Shown piece by piece: positions 40,808-52,100 of a DNA stretch of 64,000 nt; position 1 is the first letter of the stretch, and every line of letters starts with the position of its first letter. A program made the position numbers and the translations under genes. Source of the DNA: Dimorphilus gyrociliatus. Its lineage: Eukaryota; Animalia; Annelida. The DNA lies in assembly GCA_904063045.1 (NCBI GenBank), contig CAJFCJ010000023.1, positions 310,001 to 374,000 on the forward strand, given 5' to 3'. A model generated the notes under the pieces. That model ran no database searches, had not been told where the DNA came from, and saw only the letters and a program-made list of their open reading frames with translations.

Positions 40808-41981
40808 GTATGTGTGCGTGTGTGTCAGCGTATTTCATACGATTTTAACAAGCTAATACTGTTTTTTTGTTAGACAAAGTATAGAGAGTGAATATGAAAT
40901 ATAAAAACCGTTCCAAATATAGATACTATATACACTATATATATATATTTATATCTATTATCTTTAATCAGATGCTAACTTGTTCCTACTTATTTATTCA
41001 TAGAGAATGAAATATGTACAGAGCAACATTGAATTCGAAATTCAAGTGTTACATAAACAGTACAGATCAATAGATGGCTTTCCATTATTTTTATACAATA
41101 TACCAACAAATCAATTAATTATCGAATTTCAATTAAAAGACCTAGACCATAAAATGTATGATATTATACAATGTATACAGTATACAGTATATACAGTATA
41201 TATATATATATCATGGAACTTTTCTAATGAAATAGCTATATAGTAAGACATTTTCTAAACCCCTATAAACAATAAACTTCGATTTTTTTTTCTTGTACAA
41301 TAATAATAATAATATAATGAATTTTCAATGTAATTTGCCGTATTTCATTTGTTTCTTAAAAACAGAACTGAATAGTTTAAATGTTCCCTTTTTTTACGCG
41401 AAATTTTAATTTTAAAGCTAATTTATATTTCCGTATAAAAATATAATTCACCTACCTTGGTCATCTATTTCCATTTTCATAATTGGCTGCTTAATTGTCT
41501 TTTGATCTTCTATCCTATTTAAATTCATAGCTGCTGCTGCTGAACTAGACGAGTCTACAGCAAATCCATACTTTTTAAGGAATTCAGAAACAGTAAACTC
41601 GGCCATTTCCTTAAAATCTTGTCCAGCTGCTCCAAAACGTAGTTCATTATCGTTTTCGTCCTGAGATGAAGCACCTTCAGACATCTTTTCACCTGACGAA
41701 ACTTCAAGGTCATTTATGGAATCCTTGACAGAATTTACTCCGAATTCACTTAAACTCTCCGAATCGTCATAATCAGTATTTTCATTATGTTGGAATCGAT
41801 AGTTATCATCCTGAGAAGGTATTAAACACCTAGGAACAGTAGTTTTTCTTCTATTCTTTTTCTTGTCGGATTTTTCCTGTTTAGTAGGCGCTTCGTTAAA
41901 ATTATAATCCCTTTCAACTTCCTTCTTAACAGCGTTCTTTTGCAATTTGGCACAAATAGCATCTAGACCGTTTTTTGACAT
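34039..41981 (-). CDS. CASZ1: Castor / CASZ1 zinc-finger transcription factor (about 1314 aa, 4 coding exons)
   Basis: Exons 41456-41981, 37409-38092, 35895-36838 and 34039-35829; total 3945 nt with phases 1, 1, 0. N-terminal GLDAICAKL (human CASZ1 has LNAICAKL). Hallmark segments [39 protein letters not shown]...[12 protein letters not shown] and [24 protein letters not shown]. Confidence 0.96.
39188..39201 (+). promoter_or_regulatory. RFX X-box in castor intron
   Basis: GTAACCATGGAAAC is a perfect match to GTHNYYATRRNAAC, followed by ATTGG (inverted CCAAT). Confidence 0.6.
40099..40112 (+). promoter_or_regulatory. RFX X-box in castor intron
   Basis: GTTTCCATGGCAAC is a perfect match; a CACGTG E-box lies just downstream. 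Confidence 0.6.
40755..40794. repeat. (TG)20 microsatellite
   Basis: Direct reading. Confidence 0.95.
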
Positions 41982-43687
41982 ATTTTGCAATGTTTCTTTT
42001 TGTCAAATTCTTTCTCTCAGTCCGTGTTTTTTTTTTTTAAATCAAACAAACAAAACAAAAAAAGTTGTAAATGTAACACTTTATTCAATGTTTTTCTTAT
42101 ATCCAATGTTTATAATTTGAAAGTTGTACGTGGTTAATGTTTTAACAGCCGAATTATCCAAAATATTACGTCATTTTCTGTAAAAACAAAAAACAAAAAT
42201 AAAATGATACAAAGTTAAAAAGAATTCATTCGTTTTTAAAATTCAAGAGCGAATAGGTAATTTTCTTCTTTTTTCTTTACTGTAATAACAATAGTCTTAG
42301 GCTTATATCTTTCTAAATGAATAAGATGATCGATTTCCGATTAATTTAGAAATCTTTTTTATAAAAGAACGCTAAAAATATTATCAAGACATTATAGAGC
42401 GTACAATAAGAATAAATATATTGTATGGTCAAGTTTCCCTTAAGTATATAACTTTAACTTAAAAAAGATTATATTAGTATGCATTACAAAGGGAAGAATC
42501 ATAATGAAATAACTCATTTAATAGTTAATAAAACCTTTAAGACTTTTAATTTTGGTTAATTTTTTACCTTTACATTTTTTATAATTGTTTGATAAAAGCC
42601 TATAGTTTTTTACATAATAAATGTTAATAAAAGAAACTAATTCGTTTTTTATTATGAATTATAACCAAATAATAAATTTTAAACATTTTAGTATTAAGGC
42701 GCTAGCCGCCCAAAAATATCAGGTGGAAAAATAAGTATTAACAAAAAACCCATACAATAGGGGTCCACAGCATGATGAAAGGGGAATAGCGCAAACATTC
42801 GTTTATAACGCTTAGCCTCATTCGATTCAAGCGTTCCCGCCTTACTTGCCCTGTTCCCCTCCCCAATCCCTCTTAAACATTACCACCCTCCTTTTCGCAT
42901 TCATACGCGTTCAAAGACAAACACATGTACATATACATGTTCAAATATATATGCCCTATATATATATATATATGTTGTATTAGTATATTTCCTAGTGTAT
43001 ATATAATTATACTCCCTCTCTATCTATCTCTTTGCCTCTTTTCTTTCTCTCTCTCTCTCACCCACCCACCTACCTTGTCTATCTTTGTCCCTGTCCTTTT
43101 TCCTATGCCAATAATTTGTTTAAGGCCAACTAATTAATAAATTATCAACGAAATTCTTACATTTCCACATGTACTTTATCTTTATATGACATTTGGATAA
43201 ATAATTATCTTACCTTTTGAGGTGCATCAACCGATTCAAAACAACATTAGAAAATGGCTTAGAGAACGAACAACGAAAAAAATATTAATTTAGTCAGCCT
43301 ATGCGTTAATATTGATGAAATTTAGTAGCTTTAGCAAAAATTTGCTATCAGAGTTTTTTTTCCCGAAACAACGTTATTATCGTGTTTATTACGTAGGCGG
43401 TTCGATACTGTTAATTTTACCAATTAAAGATAATCTTTATAAAATTTATTAAATGAATAAACAATAACGACAATAACAAATTACAAAAACATTCAAAAGA
43501 TGAAATCAAATTGGAAAAAAGGTAGGGAAAGAGGGCGGAAAAGGGTGGCGCACAGGTTGTGTTTTTTCTTTCGCATTTATTTTTATCTCTTCTAATTTAA
43601 TACATATTGTAAATAAATATTAATACATATACTGTACATATATAAACTTCATTCTCTTACGTACCAATATTCTATATATTCATACAG

Positions 43688-43719
<32 letters not shown>

Positions 43720-43847
43720 CTATATATTACATGAACTGATCCACTTGGCATTGAAAAATAAAGTAAGATTCCTATACTCTTACGCTTTCTTACAGTTGGT
43801 CATCAGTTTAATGATGGAGAGCTAAAAACTTACAGCAAAACGCCTAC

Positions 43848-44300
43848 CTTTTTTTGATAATCCATGTGCAAGAGTGTACAGGCGGCGGCTCTCTCGGTCC
43901 TGGTATGTATTGTGTGAAAAAAGCCTGTTTGAATTGCACGGTCGCTATGGAAACGTCGCTATGGTCACGTGACGTATTTGGAATGTACGGTTTTTGACAG
44001 CACCAACGATAAGAGAGTTAAAAAACTCTAGCGATAACGATGGAGGTCATAGTCCAAATTGGTATATGCAAAAATGACATATACACGCAAAACTTTTTTT
44101 TTGGCAATACGCCAATAAGTTATATACTCTAATGAGCAACCAAGTTAGGCTTAAGAAAAAACGAGAAATAGCTTACCGAAATACTGAAAAATTGAACAGA
44201 TTGAACAGCGGCTTGGCAACGGGCATAAAAGCTAGCGAAATTCAATAAAAACCTTCCCGAACAAAGTCTGGCCTCCTTTACAACTTGTATATTACCATAG
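43848..44300 (-). other. Candidate non-coding 5'UTR exons of castor
   Basis: Minus-strand donor cg|gtaagc at 44177/44176, exon about 43848-43899 (ccag acceptor, aag|gtaggc donor) and a strong acceptor ttttacag near 42178 upstream of the ATG. No expression evidence. Confidence 0.35.
43941..43973 (+). promoter_or_regulatory. Tandem X-boxes overlapping a GTCACGTGAC palindromic E-box
   Basis: GTCGCTATGGAAAC (perfect), then GTCGCTATGGTCAC (one mismatch), then GTCACGTGAC at 43964-43973. Confidence 0.6.
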
Positions 44301-46251
44301 CAACCAACAAGCTTGAACTAGATTGAATGCTAGAATAAACTATTGAACAATTGTTCAAGAAATGTTTTTAGACCGCTATTGACCATACGGTCAGCTCGAG
44401 TGTGTATATATTTGTTTTATATGAACATTTTATATATCATACCGTTTCTACCAATATCAAAACCATATGATTTTCATAAATAAAATCGGAAAAACTTCTC
44501 CAACTTTGTTGAAAGCATAAATAAAAAAGACAAAAAAAAAGAGACGGATAAACGTTCCACCGACAGTATTGGCTCATTTCATTCTACATCTATTATCCTA
44601 CTCAAGCTTCTATAAACATATACAGACATAGACACAGGCACACAAACTTACATTTTGCATACTCTCCCTTTCTATCTATCCATCCGCCTATCTATCTATC
44701 TGTTGTTCTATCTATCTATCTTCTTAAACTCGTATTTCTTTTCAATCTATTCTAAAATAGATGCAAAGTAAAAAAGACAAGATGATAAAACTGTTCAATA
44801 TAAAAAATAGAACTGGTCACCTTCACTGACAAACTCTCACCCAGAACTTTCCGTTTCAAAAAGGTTCGTGAAATGTCATGGCGTCACTTTTTAATAATTA
44901 ACGAACTACACTCTCCCCACCTCTCTCTCTCTCATTCTATTCTGATTCATAACAGTAAAAACTTCTATTGTTATCGGAAAAAGGAATTTAATTTTTTTCC
45001 TTTAGTTTCTCTTTACTTGAAATATATTTAGTATCGTTTCAAATGTCGATTAGAAAATCGCCCCTTATGGCACTTGTCATCTCTCAGCCTATAAATGCGA
45101 ATGTTTAAACGCGCCTTTTTTTTCTCTGAACAAAGACTGAACAATTCAAGTAGGTTAACGCCATGAAGATAAATTACAAAAAGATAATAACAAAGAAAAA
45201 AGTATATATAAAAGCAATACTCTTTTAGAAAAAGTAAAAAAAAATACAATGAAATTGAATTTCTTGAAAAAAAAAACAAAAAATTTAAGAGGATGTATTA
45301 TTAATGTCTAATCTTATCTTATCACTTTATTAATACCAATACGAAGAGAAAAAACAATAGAAATAAAAGTACTTTTTTTCTGGTTTTTACTAGAATATAT
45401 TTTTATCATTTATATAAAAATTTATAATAATAATAATAATAAAGTTTATACTTATTTAAATATCGTTAAGAGCACTAAAATATTCCGAAATAAAGCACTT
45501 TAAAATATTTAAAGCAAAAGATGTAATACATAAAACCATTTACCAGGAATAGAATATAAACCAAATATTCAATTCTCTCTTTTTCACTATAGATCTATAG
45601 CAATAAAACTTAAAATTTTCCACTTATTTTTTTTATATAAATAATCTACCTGTTTTACTATTTTTAAAATACCGATGAGAATAGATTTTTGTCTAATTGT
45701 ATACAATTTATCTTTTTTTACAGATTAAAACTATTGTAGTCTTTATAAATGTTAATTATAGATAAAAAATATATATTCAATTATTAAAAATAGATTATTT
45801 TTTCACAGTTACAAGATTTTTATTTTAAAAAAATAAAAGTAATATTCAAGTTATAAATTGGTTGATCTTTGCTTTATTTATATAAACGATAGCAAGCTTG
45901 ACTGAAAATAATAGGAAATAGGACTTTTATCCAATTGATTACTGTTTTAAGCGTATTTGTCGAATAAAAGAATTTTTTAAGAATCAAGTCTATTCTTTCG
46001 AGTTCAAAAAAGTAAGCAAAATGACCTAATTCGAAGACCTAGACAACGAGCAAGAACATGTAGAGTTTTACTCGTTAACTTGTAAATGTATACATATATA
46101 CAGTATGTGTATGTACGCGTATGCGTGTGTATGAATACACTTTTCTATTATTTAATTCGAGTGGCTATGTGTTTAAATCAAATTATATTAGCTAAATGAA
46201 TAGAAAGTATTACGAAACAAGTTGATTGACTTAATTACGAATTATATAAAA

Positions 46252-46254
<3 letters not shown>

Positions 46255-46296
<42 letters not shown>
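46255..46296. repeat. (AT)21 microsatellite
   Basis: Direct reading. Confidence 0.95.
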
Positions 46297-46301
<5 letters not shown>

Positions 46302-47008
46302 TATTATATACATAAATATACAACTATTTATAAATAGCTAATCATATATATAGCATATATGGATATACTGTATATATTGTATATATAGTATTGTGTGTAC
46401 TGTATGTACCTACAAATATTACATTTATATAGAGATACAGGCTGATATATTGTATAGGTATATAAATTTACTTTTACGACACAAAGTCACATGAATATTT
46501 ATACAACATATATTTTTATATTGTCTATGAATCGAATTTATATCTTGTAGAATATCACTTTTAAGCGATAATATAAGTCTTATACAATGCATTCTAAATC
46601 TTGATCAAATAAATCATTACTAAAATCTATTTTGAAATAAGAAAATAAACAAATGGGGAAGGCAACTCACTTTTCTAAGCCGTATATATATCCATGACGA
46701 TAACGAGACAAAAGTAAAGAATACAATTTTTGTAGATGGCGTTGTTGTTTATTTTCAATTGTTTTCTTAAATTTTACAAAAGAAAACTATAACCATTTTT
46801 GAGAAAAGATATATTTATATTCAGCAGAAAAAAAATTCCATAACATTTTCTTTGCTACGTTTTATTTCTATTCAATATTCTTGCGAGTTATTTATAATGA
46901 ATAAATAGTATATTACTTATGATTTTACACGCCAATATAATAAACGAGTTTCTAAACATTCACTTAGAACTGGATATACTTCACTTGATGTCTTCTTCTT
47001 GCTAACAA

Positions 47009-47687
47009 TTATATGTTATTGTATAGCATATCGTAATGGTTGGCTGTAGATCTGTCTAAAGGACTAGTTAAGTTCATTTTCCCTTTCATAGCACCCCTGA
47101 AAACTGTTTCAACGACATCAATCACTTCTTGTTTACTTGATAAACTTCCTATTAACTTTGTCTGATCCGGTGTGCTGTAAAAAAAAACAAAATAAAAAGA
47201 AAGCATGGAAAAAAACAAAGAAAACGTTGTTTTCAAAGTTTTATTACTTAAAAAGCTTACAAACCCCCAATCAATTCGTATATGTTGAGCATTAAAAAAA
47301 AAGATTGTAGCAGGAATGTAGCTAATATCAAAGTAATTATTGTATACTTCTGACGATTTAACGTCAATCTGATAAATTCTTGCCATGTTTGTCAACAAAG
47401 GGGCGGCTTTCGAAAGCTGTTAGATAAGGAAAAAAGAATATAAAAAATAAGAAGGAGAATAATGATATAAATATATAAACATGTTTTACTAGTGTGGTAT
47501 TTAAACACTTTCAACATTATACGCTGGGTTAAAAGAAAAATATTATTTATACCACGTGGTCTAATTTCATACATTCTCCGTCGTCTTCTTTACCAAATCT
47601 TAATACTAAAACCAAATCTTTTGTATTCATAATAGCTTCATCTATTTCACTTTTGCTCTTTAAACTTGGTAATTCGCTGAATGCCAT
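47009..47687 (-). CDS. TXNL4B: Thioredoxin-like protein 4B (Dim1-like/Dim2, spliceosome-associated), 150 aa
   Basis: Exons 47553-47687, 47265-47416 and 47009-47174. MAFSELPSLKSKSEIDEAI...LVLRFG...[30 protein letters not shown]...RGAMKGK...YDMLYNNI. The YFDISYIP and C-terminal YD.LY..I signatures match TXNL4B rather than TXNL4A. Confidence 0.95.
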
Positions 47688-49122
47688 ATTATCGCTCAAA
47701 GAAGTGCACCTTGACTTATCCACAAATAGTTATCTTGTTCAATCGTCAAATGTTATGACATTATAATATTATTTTAAGGAGATGCTTCTTTGCTCAGAAT
47801 TCTGATATTATCCTGTAAAACAAATGATAGAAATGAAGTTGTTAAATTTCAAATTTTCGATAGATTGATATTGTTTTATTAAAATATCTGCACTCCATAA
47901 TCAAAGAATATGTAATAGTCTAAATATTTTAATATCTTACAACAAAATCAATCTGATTTTACCTATAAATTTTCTTTACGTAATAAATTTGGGAATATTT
48001 TCTAGCATTCAATGTAACATTTATGATTACAAACGTTCGCAAGTAATGTTTTACCAGGTAATAAAAACTGGTATAAATCGTTCTTTTGATTCTGTTCTTT
48101 TACAAAATAAAAGTACAAAAGAAAAAACTTGTTGAGTTACATAAGATAAATAAAAATAATAGAGAAAAGTAAAGAAAGAAAATGTTATGATTTTTGAAGA
48201 AAAAAGATTTTTTTATCAATATTTTTTTCAGATGGTAAATAAATATTCCTGTATTCTTATTCAATCAAATAAAAAGTATAGACTTACTGTCAGAAATAAT
48301 AGACCGAACATCTTACTATTCATATTTACTGAGGTTAAAGAATGTATGTTTAGACGGAGGAAAGAGAAGAGGGTAAGAAGTAAATTAACGTAGTTGTAGA
48401 AAGTTTTCTATTTCCTTCTATCTCCTTTTCTTTATTCAGTAATTGTTTCTTTATACAGTGTTTTTTTAAACAAATTTCTATAGTTTGCTTTAAAGGACGA
48501 CATATTTGTTATTTCTGCAAAGTGAATTGGTATTTATGTAAACATTTCCATGTGGTTTTCGCAGTTGTCGATTTTGTAGTTTCCTCGACGCTAGTAGAAT
48601 TATTTGAATAACACATTAAAAACTGGTATTACCGTTCCCAATCCTAAAATCATATAGTTAATTTAATATTGTTTAATTATTGACCAGGTAACCCAACAAT
48701 ATTTAAATTAAACCTAGTAGAATATCTACTTAGCCTAAAGTGGTGCGTGGTTATGTTTATAATAGTTACACAATCAAGATTTTCACCAAATTTTTAATAA
48801 TAAAGAATTTATAATATTTATCTCTTTCTTAAAATCTAAAATTAAAACAAAAACTTGTAACTTAAAGTACAAAATTTCAGTTTTTATCGTTTTTTCTAAT
48901 TAGAATTGCTATTTTTTATTATCCGGCTAGAAAAATCTTAGTCGTGACACCTAAACCTTATCAATGTTTCGTAGTACGAAATTAGAATCAGATTAGGCCT
49001 ATACTCATCTCTCCGGACGTAGTTTACGCCCTGCGATAGATATTGCAGATGTTGGCAAGTGTCCAGGAATTTCCTGCAGTAAAAATACACCGGCAGACTG
49101 CAAAAGTCTAGCCGCCGCCAAT

Positions 49123-52100
49123 ATGGAGCGGGGAGGCAAAAAGGAGGTAGCGGCTTGCTCTGCTTTTGTAGCCCAATTATTTAGGAAAGAATATTGCCGC
49201 AATTGTTTTCGTAGCGAGCTTGAGCACTGTAACGCGGCCACTAACAATGTTTCAGATTTAAGAGAGACGCACCTAGACGATTCCAGTCTACTATCGCAGT
49301 CAGCAGATAGTCTCGAGGCTAAACCAGAATGTGAACAAGTTCTAAAAGACAAAGATGAAGAGAAGGTTAATAGGAGAAGAATTGAGAGAGCCGAAGCGAT
49401 GGCCGAAGGAGTTAGGATGCTTGCTGATAGTTTAAAAGAAAAGTGCGAGAATTTGGAAAAAGAGAAAATAGAAATGAAAAAATGCCATGAAACAGAACTC
49501 TCTACTGTCAGGCAACAGGTATCTTTTTTTTCTCTCTCTCTCTCTCTCTGTCTAACTGTGTTTCTGGGTTGAGTTAGGTGCATTAGGTTAGTGGGTGAAA
49601 AAAAAAAGTTTTTTTATAGAAAACCAAGATGAAAGGAATGATGATCGCTATCATTTATTTTTTTTTAATAAGAAGAAGATGAACTTAAAAAACTGAAGTA
49701 AAACTTGAAGAAGTAGAAGACATTATAAAAAGTAGTTCGCGTACCTTTCAGCTTAATAACAGATTTATTTTGTCTGGTAAAAATGAATGCTGCATACTAA
49801 ATAAACCCTTATCACCTGCCAAAGATCTCCTAATCCTTTTAACTCTATTCTATGTCATCTTTTTCTTCTTTGTTATTATCATCGTCACAGTTACTATCGG
49901 CTATAGCTATAATATATTTTTCTATATGTAAAACACAACACTAAAACGATATACTAGCACACCTGCTGTTGTCGGATTTTTTGTTTTCTTGACATACTGA
50001 ATATATACAGAAAAATATATATAAAATTCTAATATGATCGACCCTATTATCCTAAAAAGGTTTTAGGAATAGTTCTCATTTAAAAGTCTATTGTCGACAA
50101 GATTTTAATGAACTTTGTCCGTTAGGTTTACACTTTTATATAGCTAAAGCTTTTAATGAAAGTATATCCATATAACATATTTGAAACGGTTCACCTTTCG
50201 TTTCACAGATAGAGAGGCTGGGTGAACAGAATAGCAAACTCGCAGAAAGATTGTCAATGCCAGAAAGTGAAAGGTTTCCAGACGAACAAATGAAAGCGAT
50301 TATTGATGAGAATCATGAACTGCGAAGAGAACTACGGGAATTACAATTAGAGATGGATGAACTTCACGACCAATTTCGGGACGATGATGATGAAACTGTT
50401 ATGGAAATTAGGGCATTAAGAAGAGAATTAGATGCAGCTGCTAAGCATTCAAGAGTCTTACAATTTAAACTTCGAAAAGCCGAACGAAAGGTCTATTTCT
50501 CTTTTATAAATTTATAATTACAAAATATATTATTACAATATAGAAAACAATAGGCTATTTAAATTTTATGAATATTTTATCTTAATTGAAGAATAGTTTA
50601 CAGTATTTGTTGTGAAGGTGAAATATGATGATGATGAACTGCAAATGAAAAACAGGTAGAACAACTGGAAAGTGAAAAGGCCACAGAGAGCTATTCTCTG
50701 AGTTCAGATGAAAGAAGTGAAAGATTAAAGGAAGAATTAACAGTTGCTAAAGAAGTTTCTGTTCGATTACACGATGAATTAGAATGCGTTGAGGAGAAAC
50801 GAATGAGAAGTGAACAAATCATCTCTGAATTAAAATTCGAATTAGAAGAATCTGGAGCGCAAAGAGACGCCCTTCACCAAGAATTGGAAAGAGTTGAAAG
50901 AGAGTTGGATTACGTGCGAAGTCTTGTACAAGGAGATACAAACGTTAGTAATTTAAGACGAGAACTGACAGCTAGTCAAGAAAGAGAGCAAGATTTAAGA
51001 GAGCAATTTTCCTACGTACAAGAAGAAGTAAGAACTCTAAAAGAGAAGCTGGCAGAAGCTGAAAGAGAAATTCAGTCATTAACAAATCAATTACAAGGTT
51101 GTACAAATTTTTAATTAAATACCGTAAATATTATTGATAAGAATTAAATAATGAAAATTAAACCTCCCCTCTTTTCCCCAAATTCCATTCCTCTCCCCTT
51201 TCTCACTCTATAATGATTAGGTTTGGGATCGGATATAAATAAATCAAATAAACCGGAACCATCGGATTTACAAGAAATGCTAACAGAGCTAAAATTGGAA
51301 AATGCCAACCTAAAAACTCAAATAGGACGGTTACAGGAAGATAGAGATGAAATTACAAACCACCGTCGGCCCCTATTATTAAAGAGTCAGTCCCTGGACG
51401 AAGTATCAACGGGTAAGGGAGAAAAAGTGGACCAAATTCAAGTTTTAAGAAACGTAATAGGTGAAAGAGAAGACGAGATAAATCGTTTAGAGAAAGAATT
51501 GAATGACTTTAGACAAGATCTAGAGCATGTTAGAGATAATTTTGCGGCCCGAGAAATTGAGATGAAACGAGATGTTGAAAACATGACAAATAAATGCGCT
51601 CTTCTTAGCAACTTATTACAATTAGCCAATGAACGAACTGGTAGTCTAGAAGGCCAAACTAACGGTTTAGACTCTTCTATGAACAATCAACTTTTGCAGA
51701 GGATTGAGTGTCTGGAGCGTTTATTAGCACACGAGAGATTGAAAAAGAAGTATGTTGACGCTGAAAAGAGTTCGGCAATAGATGGCGCTGATTCACGAGG
51801 TGTTGAACACGATGTATTGAAGAAAGAGGTAAATTATATATAATAAATAAATAAAAAGATAATTAAAGAAAACAAATAAGATAATTTTATCTGAATTTTC
51901 ATACAATATATTTTTCTTTGAATTCTTCAAATATAGTTAAATATCGCTCAAAAGGAGTTGAAACAATCTAGAGACGAAATATATATTTTAAAAGGACGAT
52001 TGGATCAAATTTCTGCAAAGCAAACAGAGCCTGACAATAAGCGATCGGCACCATCAACTTGGAGATGGGAAAAGGCTGAATTAGAACGTCAGCTTGTTGA

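Noticed and set aside
43399-43408. GGTTCGATAC, resembling a tRNA T-loop or B-box
   Set aside because: No convincing A-box, acceptor stem or cloverleaf around it.
49519-49527. SOGA intron 1 donor GTATCTTTT, resembling a U12 5' splice site (also ATATCCTT at 26766)
   Set aside because: It mismatches GTATCCTT, and there is no TCCTTAAC branch site near the acceptor; the 26766 copy has no exon context.
49005-49583. 192-aa minus-strand ORF
   Set aside because: Antisense to SOGA exon 1; it starts in a GA repeat and has shadow-like composition.
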